Part shown: in pieces, positions 23,561 to 34,028 of the stretch | Layout of the letters: each line of letters begins with the position of its first letter | Numbering within the stretch: the first letter of the stretch is position 1 | Notes under the pieces: model-generated | Databases searched by the model: none | Told to the model about the DNA's origin: nothing | Seen by the model: the letters and a program-made list of their open reading frames with translations, nothing else | Position numbers and translations under genes: made by a program | IMG/VR virus record: IMGVR_UViG_3300044712_000568 | Span: 1 to 64,000 of that record | Reading direction: 5' to 3' (one strand) | DNA from: a virus | Taxonomy: Duplodnaviria > Heunggongvirae > Uroviricota > Caudoviricetes | DNA: 64,000 nt

Positions 23561-26459
23561 TTGGATTTTATGAGAAAAGTAGAATCTACCCTTAGAGCTA
23601 AAGTAGCTAAACCACCAACTGGAATGTTTGATAGAGTTGAACTTCGTAAAGAAGAACATACCTCTACGTTATACCGCTGGTGGGGATTGACTGAAACTGG
23701 ATGGGTTCCTTATGGCCGCTGGTTTCAAATTTCTTATAAAGAGTTATATAAACGCTAGGAGTAGTCATGAAGTATTCCCATTATACCCTAAAAGGGTTTC
23801 CAGCTACGGGCGAAACTTATCACCCTTTTTGTATGTCTTGGTGGAAACATCATTTTAACCCAATGACTTACATTAGAGCTATTAAATATTTCTGTCAGCG
23901 TGGATGGAGAGGATACGCAGATTGCGATTCTTGGGATGCTGACGGTTATTTTGAAATAGTAATGATCGGTGTTCTAACACATCTTCGTGAAACTACTCCT
24001 GGATATCCTGCTAGTTTAGCTGAATATGGTCCTGGAGAAGATGTTCCTGAAGGTGTAGTAGATTCTGGAATGGATCGTTGGAAGGCTGTTTTAACTGAAA
24101 TTATCGACGGATTAAATGCCGCTCAGGAACTTCGTAAGGAAGATACTGTGCCTGATGGAGTTTATTCTGATGAGCCCATTGAGTGGGAAAAAGTCAAAGA
24201 ATTTCCTGAAGAAAAAGAGAGCCTATGGAGAATGAAAGATTCGGAGACTCCTAGATTTAATCAAGTTCTCTTTGATCAGTGGGCAGAACCTCTCAAAAGA
24301 AAAGAACGAAGAGCTAAATATTTATTGGCAAAATACTGGGGATCTTTTTGGGATTAACTCTTGGAGTTAATTAAATTTATGAATAAAGATGGTGGTGACA
24401 TATGCGTTGGTTCTGGTATATACTATCAGCCAACCTTGCTATCGGCACTATTACTTTGTTAGAAGTTTACAAGAAACCTATATTTAAAAAGAGATCGACT
24501 TCTAGAAAAATACAGGCTATTATTGCACTGTATCTTCTAGGAGTCCTTGTTATGTTGTTAGCTCTTATATCACTCGATTGGAGGAATCGTAATGACAAAC
24601 AGAATCCTTCTGTTTAAAAACTTTAATGCTGAACTTCCTAAAGAATTTATAAATAGGTTAAAAGTTGCTTGTCAAGATGCTGTTATTTATACAGTCCAGG
24701 GAAAATACGACTTTAATAGGTGGGAACTTAACTATCGAATAAATCCAGCCGTGTTAGAGTGTGTTGCTCTTACTAATAAAAAACACGATAATATTCTAGA
24801 CAGCATTCTTGAAATAGTGACAATCTCAAGTGATCCCTTTTCAGGATTTATTGAATTTGACGATAATGGTAAAGAACACTGGAAACAGTAAAGGGAATTT
24901 ATGACTAGAATGTTTGGTTTAACTGATCTTGGACATGTCATCAAGCTAGAAGTTGTAGATGGCGGAAGTGAAACCTCTAAAACAAAAATCATCAATGATG
25001 CCATTGTTCTAGATACTGTAAAATCTACATTCACTTTAGAATATGCTCCGTCAAAGCATGGCGATCTAGTCACAGAAACTATTACTGAGAATCCAAAAGA
25101 AATTTATGATCGGGTATCTAAGGCTCGAATCGAGTTAGAAAAAAGAGAACTCGCTTTTATGACTAATCTCTTTTTGATTGAAAAAGATGAATATAACATA
25201 GCAGATTTGAAAAAGACTGTAAAACCTAGACAAAGGAAAGCAAAAAGTGTCGGACCAAACGAAGAATCAGGAACTACAAAAACTGATCTCTCAGATGACT
25301 AAGGATGAGCTTAAAGCTCATTTGCTTACCTCTGATTACAAAGGCATTGAATTTAAAACATTAGTATTAAACGAGATTATTTCTAGAGCGAAGGTTGATA
25401 TGGGCAGCGAGGATTAACTCATGAGTAGTGAAACTTTTAATGTATTTTTAGAAGGAACATTTGCCGGAACTGCGCAATCTTTAATTGAAGCACAAACCTT
25501 GGCTAAACAAGTGGCCAATAGAATGGGTAAAGTTGGGTCTGTGAAGTATTCCATTTTCGATAATCAGAACAATCGAAGAGGCGGCGGAACACTTTACTCA
25601 ACTTGAAGAATTAAGTATATCAATTAGGATTATTATGACATTTATTAAAACTAGTCTTAGAACTATTTGTAACTGGGTCTCTTGGAGACGAGTTATAGAG
25701 TTTAGCTGCGTTTTCTTATTTGTTAGATTTATTGCCAGTATGGTATCAGACCATGTAATCTGGACCGCATCAGATACTCTCCAAGATATAGGACTTTATG
25801 TCTTTGGCATTGCTTGTGGCATAGGTTTAGTATTCTCTGCTGACAGACGTAAACACGAAAAATCTAAATTGCAAACATTAGTTAAGTCTTTAAAGGAACA
25901 GTAATGGTTCCTTATAAACTTCAAATGTTTAAAGATCCTTTTACCAATGAATCGGCTGGAAGCATGTTTATGTTGTATTCTTCGAAAGGATACGACTCTG
26001 GACGAGCAATTGCTATGACTCTTGGTAATTTAAATCGTGGCATTTTAGATACAGGATCAAGAAAAGTTTCAGTTGAGTATAATTTGGCTAAATACACTGA
26101 GGCTGAATTTAACTTAAAATTAAAAATGGAACGTGAAGCTAGGGAAGCAGAAGCTAAGGCTAAAATACTTCCTCCAACTCTTCCAAAAGAAACTTGGATT
26201 CAAAAGGGATTATTCGATGATGGCATCTGAACTTAATGATAAAGTTATTGCTCAATATATTACAGGCTCTGTAATTTTGACTTCTGTTTTAAGTAGACAG
26301 CTTGGCATTTCTTCTGATGAATTAGTTGTAGCTCTTACTGACTCTCCTAAATGGAGTGTTGGACAAAAAACGGGCAAATGGACTTTATCTATCAATGGAA
26401 AAAAGCTAATTGCTAATCCATCTACGGATGAGCGTAGGATTGACTTCATCACTAAGTAA
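23561..26459 (+). CDS. Cluster of hypothetical proteins (23561, 23767, 24402, 24592, 24901, 25421, 25635, 25904, ~26217)
   Basis: Contiguous + strand ORFs, several with RBS; no recognised motifs. Confidence 0.55.
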
Positions 26460-26479
26460 TCTAAGCATATTCAGAAACT

Positions 26480-26502
26480 GGCCCTCTTCGGAGGGCCTTT
26501 TT
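26480..26502 (+). terminator. Intrinsic terminator
   Basis: GGCCCTC-TTCG-GAGGGCC-TTTTT. Confidence 0.9.
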
Positions 26503-26503
26503 A

Positions 26504-26974
26504 ATGGAAAGAAGGATGTATAAAATATTTTGTATTCCCGAAAGTAAGTATCTTTGCGCATTATTTCAATACCAAAAAAGCACAGAGTATGTAAATGACG
26601 GCGATAGATTGGAAGTAACTATTGAACGAACTGGACTTAGACCAATGATGGTGATTAATGGTCAGCATCCTATTTTCGAAAGCCCTACAAATCCAGGAAC
26701 TTTGCGATATGATTCTAGGTTTTATATTAGAGAACATATTAGCTTTGTTAAATATAAAGACCTGTCTAATTTTATTCGTGTTTCTTTTAATCCATCTTTT
26801 ATCTTTGTATACAAAGATGGTCAATTTAGAGAAGATTCTCCGAACTACTATGCAAATCCTATAGACTTTGGATTGCCTCCAGAATGTTTCGAAATCCATG
26901 AAGTAACAGACAACGGAAATCTTATAGGAACTGCACCTTTATGCGTTTGTATTCCTACCAAAGCATCGAAGTAG
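26504..26974 (+). CDS. HIP(S/T)G-family-like protein
   Basis: YKIFCIPESKYL...ECFEIHEV. Confidence 0.55.
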   Translation: MERRMYKIFCIPESKYLCALFQYQKSTEYVNDGDRLEVTIERTGLRPMMVINGQHPIFESPTNPGTLRYDSRFYIREHISFVKYKDLSNFIRVSFNPSFIFVYKDGQFREDSPNYYANPIDFGLPPECFEIHEVTDNGNLIGTAPLCVCIPTKASK

Positions 26975-27543
26975 CTTCAATTCTTTACAAAGATTCAATT
27001 TACTTTGCTGATTTTGATAAATGTTTCTGGTTAACCCAAGAAGATGATCATGAAGCACAAAGAGCAAATTGGAGAACGGCCTGGGAATGGCTGATGTATC
27101 AATATAATAAACGCAAAAATCATGACTTTTCTTCTGCTCCCGTTTGGTGGTATACTTCCTTGAAAGAACTTCAAGAAAATATGAAGTATGCTAATACGAC
27201 AGATATTCTTATTACAGCAGATGTTCCTGATAATTTAGTATTACTTTATGATGCTGATTTGTGGGAACAGGGCCCATTCACTGTTACTGGTTTGGGATGG
27301 AGAGGCCATTTTATTCACACAATGGTTTCTTGGGGCAAATATAACGATAAGTTTGATGCCATGTTTGATGTTATTTGGAATGCTTATAGACGCAGTCCTT
27401 TAACAATGATTGAAACATGGTCGGAAATTTTTCATATTAAACGATCTGACGGCACTCAGAGAATCCATGCAGTAACGCCATACATTGATCTTAGATGGAT
27501 GGTTCCAAAGACTATTAGTAGCACTTCGCTAACAATGGAGTAA
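26941..27543 (+). CDS. DUF3841-like protein
   Basis: MRLYSYQ...AWEWL..QY..R...PVWW...VPDNLVLLYD..W...W..IF pattern. Confidence 0.55.
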   Translation: MRLYSYQSIEVASILYKDSIYFADFDKCFWLTQEDDHEAQRANWRTAWEWLMYQYNKRKNHDFSSAPVWWYTSLKELQENMKYANTTDILITADVPDNLVLLYDADLWEQGPFTVTGLGWRGHFIHTMVSWGKYNDKFDAMFDVIWNAYRRSPLTMIETWSEIFHIKRSDGTQRIHAVTPYIDLRWMVPKTISSTSLTME

Positions 27544-27545
27544 CA

Positions 27546-28166
27546 ATGGGTGCAAAAAAGACGGATAAGTTTTACAGTATTATGAATGTGACTAATGGAA
27601 ATATTCTATCAGCCGCATTACATGGCGTATCTTATTCGTATCGAAACAAGGATAAAACTCACATTCGTAAAAGAAACTGGAAACTCTCACAGTTTCAGTC
27701 GGAAAGTGTTGATGTATTAGATCATTTCATTAATGCAGAAAGTATTGAAGGACGCTGGAGTATGGGCGTTCATGAAATTTGGGTAAAAGAAGAAGATATT
27801 GATGAGCTATATGGAACTCTAGCAATGGCAACTCTCAGGCATTTTTGTGGTTATGATAAACAGAAAGCCCTCTTTGGTGCATTCTTGTTTCACAAAGATC
27901 CTAAGTTATTCATTGAATTAGATTTCACATCGCGTAATGGTGATGCTTCACGAATCCTTAGAGAAAAGAAATTCGGTAAAGATTTTCTTGACTTCTTGGA
28001 AAGCTTCGGTGTTCTGTCATTTAATCGTGGTGGCCATCGGTATGTAGGAGGCAAGTGGCTCCAAGTAGAAGATAAACGAAGTTTCTTCTCTGTAGCAGAA
28101 ATTGATCTTGTCGAAAGAGAACGAAAAGATATTATCACTACTTTTGAATATAAAGAGCCGTCATGA
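27546..28166 (+). CDS. Hypothetical protein (weak HIP(S/T)G-like termini)
   Basis: FYSIMNVTNGNIL...AEIDLVER. Confidence 0.55.
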   Translation: MGAKKTDKFYSIMNVTNGNILSAALHGVSYSYRNKDKTHIRKRNWKLSQFQSESVDVLDHFINAESIEGRWSMGVHEIWVKEEDIDELYGTLAMATLRHFCGYDKQKALFGAFLFHKDPKLFIELDFTSRNGDASRILREKKFGKDFLDFLESFGVLSFNRGGHRYVGGKWLQVEDKRSFFSVAEIDLVERERKDIITTFEYKEPS

Positions 28167-28183
28167 ATTCACGAAAACTTAAC

Positions 28184-28642
28184 TTACTGAATTTCTCCAC
28201 CGGAGCTTTCCGTGGAGCTACTCTCGGAAAGATTCCCTTCACTGTTGATCCCTTTGGACAACCACTCTTGAATACAAACAACAAGGTTGTTAGGAACCTC
28301 GCTTTTCAGGAAGGAATAGTATTCACTACTTTTTTCTGGCAGTGTGACACGGTAAAGTTGGATTCCCAATTCTTTCAGTTTTTTTGATTTTCTCGCATCG
28401 GCTTCCTTCATTCTTTCAAAGGTAGCTTCCCCATAAATTGGTTTTTGGTGAGTCAGACCATCAACCTCAATGGCAAACTTATACTCTGGTAGATAGATAT
28501 CAATTTCCTGTCTGCCTAAAACGGATCTGTCGTTTGGCACGACTTTTAATTTTTTAAAGTGAAATCTCAACAAGTCGATAATAATACTTTCAGCTTGAGA
28601 GCGATTTCCCTTTACTAATTCGTTTTTAAGTTTCTTAGCCAT
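28184..28642 (-). CDS. PD-(D/E)XK endonuclease (DUF559/Vsr-like)
   Basis: SQAE...EIDIYLPEYKFAIEVDG..H...D..K...GIQLYRV. Confidence 0.8.
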   Translation of the reverse strand: MAKKLKNELVKGNRSQAESIIIDLLRFHFKKLKVVPNDRSVLGRQEIDIYLPEYKFAIEVDGLTHQKPIYGEATFERMKEADARKSKKLKELGIQLYRVTLPEKSSEYYSFLKSEVPNNLVVCIQEWLSKGINSEGNLSESSSTESSGGEIQ

Positions 28643-28664
28643 ATACTTAACTCTGCGAGTAGCC

Positions 28665-29204
28665 ATGACACGAAAACACAAAAAGAAGCAAACCTTTACT
28701 GGCGTCCTGTATTTGAACAAGAATTTTATGCCATTTCAGGTCGTATCAAAGGTTCATGCTATCAAAGCTGTTGCATCGGGCCGCGCAGTAGCTATCCATC
28801 CACAAAGTTTGCGAACAATTGAGAACGCTGGAAAAGATCCATCGTGTCTTAAAAACCTTCAGTTAGTTTTGTTTGAAAGAGAAATTCAAACAGGCCCCAG
28901 AAGATTGAAAACTAAGAACCTTTATGAGAGTGTTCTTGAACGAGATAATTATACTTGTGTTTATTGTGGAAAAGAAGGTCTAACCATTGACCATGTAGTT
29001 CCAAGAGCGCAAGGTGGAATAACTTCTTCAAAGAATTGTGTAACTGCATGTAAGAGTTGTAACTCTAAAAAAGCAGACAGAACTCCAGAGGAAGCTGGAA
29101 TGCCATTTATATATAAACCTAAAACCATCAACGAGCTATTGTTTGATCGCTTCAAAGAAATTATGGAGCAATCCTCAGTCGAGGACAAGTCTCAGCTAGA
29201 GTAA
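28665..29204 (+). CDS. HNH endonuclease (McrA-like)
   Basis: RDNYTCVYCG...TIDHVVPRAQGG...NCVTACKSCNSKK. Confidence 0.92.
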   Translation: MTRKHKKKQTFTGVLYLNKNFMPFQVVSKVHAIKAVASGRAVAIHPQSLRTIENAGKDPSCLKNLQLVLFEREIQTGPRRLKTKNLYESVLERDNYTCVYCGKEGLTIDHVVPRAQGGITSSKNCVTACKSCNSKKADRTPEEAGMPFIYKPKTINELLFDRFKEIMEQSSVEDKSQLE

Positions 29205-29256
29205 TATTTAGTGACGGGGCTATAATTAAACTTGTTGATATCACAAAGGAGCATTA

Positions 29257-29946
29257 ATGAACGTATCTAATATTGTGCCAAAATTCAATTTAGAGTCTTT
29301 AAAAAATCTCAGTATTTTCATTGTGACTGTAGTATTATTGTCGGTTGTTGGATTTGGCAGCTACTACGGGTATCACGAATTTCAAGACAATAAGCGAGAA
29401 CGAAAGCTAATCCTAGAAGGAATTGCAAAAGTGAATCGTAAAATTGTGATTCAGCAAGTAATTTCTGAAAAGATGCCGAATACTCCAGTAGAAACTGTTG
29501 TGGCATTATCCGATAAGATTTACGAACGCGCTTCCGTCTATGGAATGGATCTATCCTTGATCTGCGGATTGATCGAAACTGAAAGCACTTGGGATGTTAA
29601 AGCAACGTCCAATGTTGGAGCTAAAGGTTTAATGCAGTTGATGCCGTCTACTGCTAGACCGTATTTAGCCAATCATCAGTTGGGTTATTCTGATAAAATT
29701 CTTTATGACCCGCTTGTCAATGTCACTGTTGGTATGGCATATCTATTCGATTTACACCAACAGTATATGGAACTTGGAGTAGAGAAAGAAAATGAATACA
29801 TGTTCTCTGTGAATTCATATTTTTGGGGTCAAAATAATGTAGCTGTCTTGCTTGGTAAGAAAGACGCTAGAGTTAATGGTCCCAATTTCGCTTATGCTAA
29901 GCGTGTATTAGACGCAGCTAAATTCTATAAGGAAAAAGGAATCTAA
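29257..29946 (+). CDS. Membrane-anchored lytic transglycosylase (SLT domain)
   Basis: IETES...S.VGAKGLMQLMPSTA...DP..N...G..YL. Confidence 0.9.
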   Translation: MNVSNIVPKFNLESLKNLSIFIVTVVLLSVVGFGSYYGYHEFQDNKRERKLILEGIAKVNRKIVIQQVISEKMPNTPVETVVALSDKIYERASVYGMDLSLICGLIETESTWDVKATSNVGAKGLMQLMPSTARPYLANHQLGYSDKILYDPLVNVTVGMAYLFDLHQQYMELGVEKENEYMFSVNSYFWGQNNVAVLLGKKDARVNGPNFAYAKRVLDAAKFYKEKGI

Positions 29947-30199
29947 TGATTGTTCTGCTAATTCTGAGTTTACTATTAGCAGCTCCGTTTCTATTTAAGC
30001 TAGGGATCCTGTATTTCGCCTATATTCAATGGGCGCTTGCAACCCCTATCCCATTCAGAGTTTCTTTGTTTCGTCGCTCAGAGGACCCTTCTAAGCTCAG
30101 GAAACCGCCCATTGGATTCTTCTCTGGAACCGTGGGCGATCCTGCACCGAGTCCTGTTGGGAAAAAGAAATAATTGCCGATACTCATTTTGGAGATAAT

Positions 30200-30670
30200 A
30201 TGAAACTGGCTGAAGCATTATCAGAACGGAAAGCATTAATCGGAAAGATGGAAGCTGTGAAAAAGCAGGCAGTTGAGCAATTTACAAAAAATGCTCCAGC
30301 TGAAACTACTAATGTAGCACTGACTGTCACTGTAGCAGAATCCTTAAGGGATTTAGCCGCTAGATTAACGACTCTGATTTGTAATATTAATCTGACCAAT
30401 AATCAAGCTATTATTGAGATTGCTCCAGGCAAAGAAATGACTTTAATGTCTGTAATTGCTAATAAAGACAGTAGAGTTATTTTACTTCAACAGTATGAAA
30501 AGCTTAGGGACGAGTTAACCAATAAAGATTATTATCGTGAAACTCAACACCACGATTGTGATCTTCCATTGCTTCATAAACAAATTGCCGAATTGAGAGA
30601 AGAGATTCGTAGTTTTGATCTCAAAATTCAAGAAGCAAATTGGAAGTATGATTTAATCGAAACAATTTAA
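30200..30670 (+). CDS. DIP1984-like coiled-coil protein
   Basis: MKLAEALSERK...INLTN...D..IQEANWKYDL. Confidence 0.8.
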   Translation: MKLAEALSERKALIGKMEAVKKQAVEQFTKNAPAETTNVALTVTVAESLRDLAARLTTLICNINLTNNQAIIEIAPGKEMTLMSVIANKDSRVILLQQYEKLRDELTNKDYYRETQHHDCDLPLLHKQIAELREEIRSFDLKIQEANWKYDLIETI

Positions 30671-30819
30671 TATTTGCGGTAGGTAATTCAGGAACTGTTC
30701 ACCTTATACTGTGACCTTAACCTTACGGACTATTTCGTATTTGTTATGACATCATGGTGTATTGATTATTGCGTATTGGAACCGTTGCTGATTTACCGAG
30801 GGTGGGTTCGGGGCAAATA
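30671..30819 (+). ncRNA. Structured RNA downstream of the DIP1984-like gene
   Basis: TATTTGC/GCAAATA and GGTAGGT/ATTTACC stems; three ACCTTA repeats inside. Confidence 0.5.
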
Positions 30820-30837
30820 ACAGGAAGTAGGCTATAC

Positions 30838-31329
30838 ATGGCATATCATGTCATAAGAAAGTATGCAGCTAATCGTTACGAAGTGAATAAAAAGACTACA
30901 GCTATTCAGGTAAAGGCTCTTACTAAAAGATGGGTTAAAGGATTTGACGCAGCTTCTACGGCAGCTGAAAAATCTAATGGTAAAACTAGAGGAATGAAGC
31001 TTGGCGCTGCTATTTTTCACGGTAATAGATTTTTAAGTTCTGGTTGGAATTTGTTCGGTAAAACGAAACCAGGAAATTCTCACAGAAGCTCTAAGGGACA
31101 TATCTACAATACAGCAACACATGCTGAACAAATGGCAGTTGATCAAATTAAGCATTATGATTATTCTAATGCTAAACTAATTCTGTATGTTTCCAGAATT
31201 AGCGCAACTAATAAAATGGTTTGTTCTAGACCATGTAATACTTGCATAGATTATATGCGAGAACACGGTATCCGAGTTGTTCGGTTTATTAATGAGCAGG
31301 GTATTCCCGAGGAATTGGTGATAAAGTGA
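30838..31329 (+). CDS. Cytidine/dCMP deaminase-like zinc protein
   Basis: LGAAIF...GWN...HAEQMA...SRPCNTC. Confidence 0.85.
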   Translation: MAYHVIRKYAANRYEVNKKTTAIQVKALTKRWVKGFDAASTAAEKSNGKTRGMKLGAAIFHGNRFLSSGWNLFGKTKPGNSHRSSKGHIYNTATHAEQMAVDQIKHYDYSNAKLILYVSRISATNKMVCSRPCNTCIDYMREHGIRVVRFINEQGIPEELVIK

Positions 31330-31889
31330 TTCCAGTTTGCGATGTTCCTAGTATTGAATACTATGGAATATTTGTAATACCTGAAAGTCGTTTATATGAA
31401 TTTAATAGAGAATATAAAATAGGAAATCAGATTCCTGTTCCTCAATATATAAGTGATCTTAATGGAATAACTACGCCATCAAATGGAGTAGTTCCATTGA
31501 TAGATAGAGCCTTTTCAATTCTGAATCAGATGAATGCAATGAATTCAGTTCTTGGCTCGTTTATTCAAAATGAATTTAAACACAATACTCATGGAATGTC
31601 TTTCTTAATTAAAGGAAAATTTATATCTATGCAGGATTGGGAATACTCGCAATCTGCTAACAAGACTAAAATTCCTTTATTTACTTCTAAAGAAAAAGCA
31701 ATTGAATTTTTAATTGATGTTCCAAGAATCTTGCAATCAGCAACTAACTATTTGGAATTTAGGCATGGAATAGGAATACCAAGAGTGGCCGAGGAATTAT
31801 CCATTGTGAAATTTTCTTTAGATAAAGTAATCGAACTCTCTGCAACAGAAACATTGGTAATAAACCCCTATGTTCCTGGGTTTTTCTGA
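31326..31889 (+). CDS. HIP(S/T)G-family-like protein (long insert)
   Basis: YGIFVIPESRLY...FTSKEKAIEFL...EELSIVKF. Confidence 0.5.
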   Translation: MIPVCDVPSIEYYGIFVIPESRLYEFNREYKIGNQIPVPQYISDLNGITTPSNGVVPLIDRAFSILNQMNAMNSVLGSFIQNEFKHNTHGMSFLIKGKFISMQDWEYSQSANKTKIPLFTSKEKAIEFLIDVPRILQSATNYLEFRHGIGIPRVAEELSIVKFSLDKVIELSATETLVINPYVPGFF

Positions 31890-31910
31890 ATTAAGTAAGA
31901 TAGGAAATAC

Positions 31911-32096
31911 ATGTATAATGAAGTAGAATGTCCAGATTGCGGTGGAATTGGTATTTACGAAGATCGCAAAGGAAATGAACATCCTTGTAACAGTTGTAAA
32001 GGTAAAGGAAAACTCGATGCCAGTCTCATCAAAAAAGAAGTCGGCTCCGAAACCAATTCAAAAGAAACCAGTTCAAAAGAAAGCGAAGAAGATTAG
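31911..32096 (+). CDS. Small DnaJ-type zinc-finger protein
   Basis: CPDCGGIG...CNSCKGKG. Confidence 0.65.
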   Translation: MYNEVECPDCGGIGIYEDRKGNEHPCNSCKGKGKLDASLIKKEVGSETNSKETSSKESEED

Positions 32097-32556
32097 TATT
32101 GCACTTCCTTTTGAATTGCATAATTGGTCTGAAACACTGTCGTTTGAACAAATTAACGATACTTTGTTTATAATTGGACAATTTCTTAATAATGATAAAG
32201 CTAGTTTCTTAGAGTCTGATGTTAAGGTAATTGAAAAATGGTTTAAAGTTAATGAAATCGGTAGATTTATTAAAGCTAAAGAAATGGCTTTACTTGCCCA
32301 AGAAGCTGAAATGGAGCGAGAAATCTACGCAAGAGAAATCATGGCTCAACCATATCGTCGACCAATGTCTCATTAGGATATAATATGAAACGTAAGCTAG
32401 CCTTATTTGCAGGCGTTATAACTGCGCTTGGATTTCAGATTTTTACTATCATCAAAATCGTAGAGCGTCTAATCGATGATAAAAAACACCATTGGTTAGA
32501 ATATGGATGTTTACTATTAATAGCATTTGCTTTGAATAAGATAGAAACGGCGTTTA

Positions 32557-33246
32557 ATGTCGAACTCAAAAGAACCCTCACAACAGAAGAAAATTGAAGT
32601 ATTAGATAAAGGATTTGTTACTTTAATTGATCATATGGGAAATGATCTAACTACAGTAAATGCCGCAAGAATTTCTTTCGGTAAACAAAAAGAGTCCTTT
32701 GAAGAATCTGATGAAAAGCTGATTAAGTATCTGGCTGAACATGAACATACTTCTCCGTTCAGACACTCGCACTTAACTTTTCATGTAAAAGCTCCCATTT
32801 TTGTATTCCGTCAATGGATGAAGCACAAGATTGCATCTGAATTTAATGAAATTTCTGGAAGATATACAGAATTTGCAAGTGATGAATTCTATCTTCCTGA
32901 ATCTTTTAGACAGCAAGCTAAAGTAAATAAACAGGGTAGCGAAGGTATTATCGAAGACAACGAATCCGCCCTATTAATTTATTCTGTGGCTTGTGAGAAT
33001 GCAGTAAAAGATTATAAAGCTCTCCTAGAGTTAGGAGTTTGTAGAGAACAGGCAAGAGGAATTCTGCCTGTCGGTATGTATTCCGAAGTTTATTGGACTG
33101 TATCACTTCAGGCAGCAGCTCATTTTATTAGACTTCGTAAAGATGGTCACGCTCAGTGGGAAATTCAGCAATACGCTCTAGCAGTAGAGAAGATTGTGGA
33201 AGAATTATTCCCAATTTCTTATAAGCATTTAATAGCTAACATGTAG
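32557..33246 (+). CDS. thyX: FAD-dependent thymidylate synthase
   Basis: VNAARISF, HTSPF, RQWMKH...NEISGRY, REQAR, HAQWEI. Confidence 0.95.
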   Translation: MSNSKEPSQQKKIEVLDKGFVTLIDHMGNDLTTVNAARISFGKQKESFEESDEKLIKYLAEHEHTSPFRHSHLTFHVKAPIFVFRQWMKHKIASEFNEISGRYTEFASDEFYLPESFRQQAKVNKQGSEGIIEDNESALLIYSVACENAVKDYKALLELGVCREQARGILPVGMYSEVYWTVSLQAAAHFIRLRKDGHAQWEIQQYALAVEKIVEELFPISYKHLIANM

Positions 33247-33254
33247 GATTCCAG

Positions 33255-34028
33255 ATGTTTACTCCGAAACCAACTCCTCTTGATGAGGAGTTGTCTCGTA
33301 TTAATACCTTTACTTCATTAGGATCTGGCGTTTCGAAGAGCAACGAATATTCGGAATATACTGGAAAAGCTATTACTCTCGCATTTGGTCCGGTCATGGA
33401 TGCTCTTCCTGTTGGAAGATATTGTGTGGCTGGTGGAGTTATACGATCATTATTTAATAACGAACTACCAAATGATGTTGATGTATTTTTACTTGGAAAT
33501 GCGCAAGAAATTTCTAGTCGGTTAGAAAATCTAGCCGTAAGTTATGGTATTGAAGTTAAGAAAGTAAAAATCAAATATGATGACTTTGTAAAACATATCC
33601 ATTTATTTGATTTAAAACTTCCTAAAATGGGATACACCATTCAGTTTATCGCCCAATGGTTTATTAAAAATGATGGCAAAGAAGAAATCTTTTTCAAACA
33701 TGCGGAAGATGTAATTGCTTATTTTGATATTGTTCCTGTGTGTTATGCAGCTGAAGTAGAATTTGATGGTGGTTATGAACAAGGCATCTTCGTTAGAGAT
33801 TGGTCTTTACTCAAAGTAGTTACGCATCCTCTATTATTTAAAAGTTTAGCTAAAAAAGAACTTTTAGTAAATCCGTATGGTCCACTTTCTCTCAAGAAAA
33901 TGAGAGCAGATAGATTTTATAAATATATTACGGAATACGGATTTCGAATTCCAGATGCGGTATCAATGAAACAATTTAATACTCTGTTGGCTCAAGGAGG
34001 ATTAGATGTTGAATTTGATTACCTCTAA
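33255..34028 (+). CDS. Nucleotidyltransferase (CCA/poly(A)-polymerase head-like)
   Basis: VAGGVIRSLF...NDVDVF (GG..R...DxD), IQFI, YFD, R..KY...GF. Confidence 0.65.
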   Translation: MFTPKPTPLDEELSRINTFTSLGSGVSKSNEYSEYTGKAITLAFGPVMDALPVGRYCVAGGVIRSLFNNELPNDVDVFLLGNAQEISSRLENLAVSYGIEVKKVKIKYDDFVKHIHLFDLKLPKMGYTIQFIAQWFIKNDGKEEIFFKHAEDVIAYFDIVPVCYAAEVEFDGGYEQGIFVRDWSLLKVVTHPLLFKSLAKKELLVNPYGPLSLKKMRADRFYKYITEYGFRIPDAVSMKQFNTLLAQGGLDVEFDYL

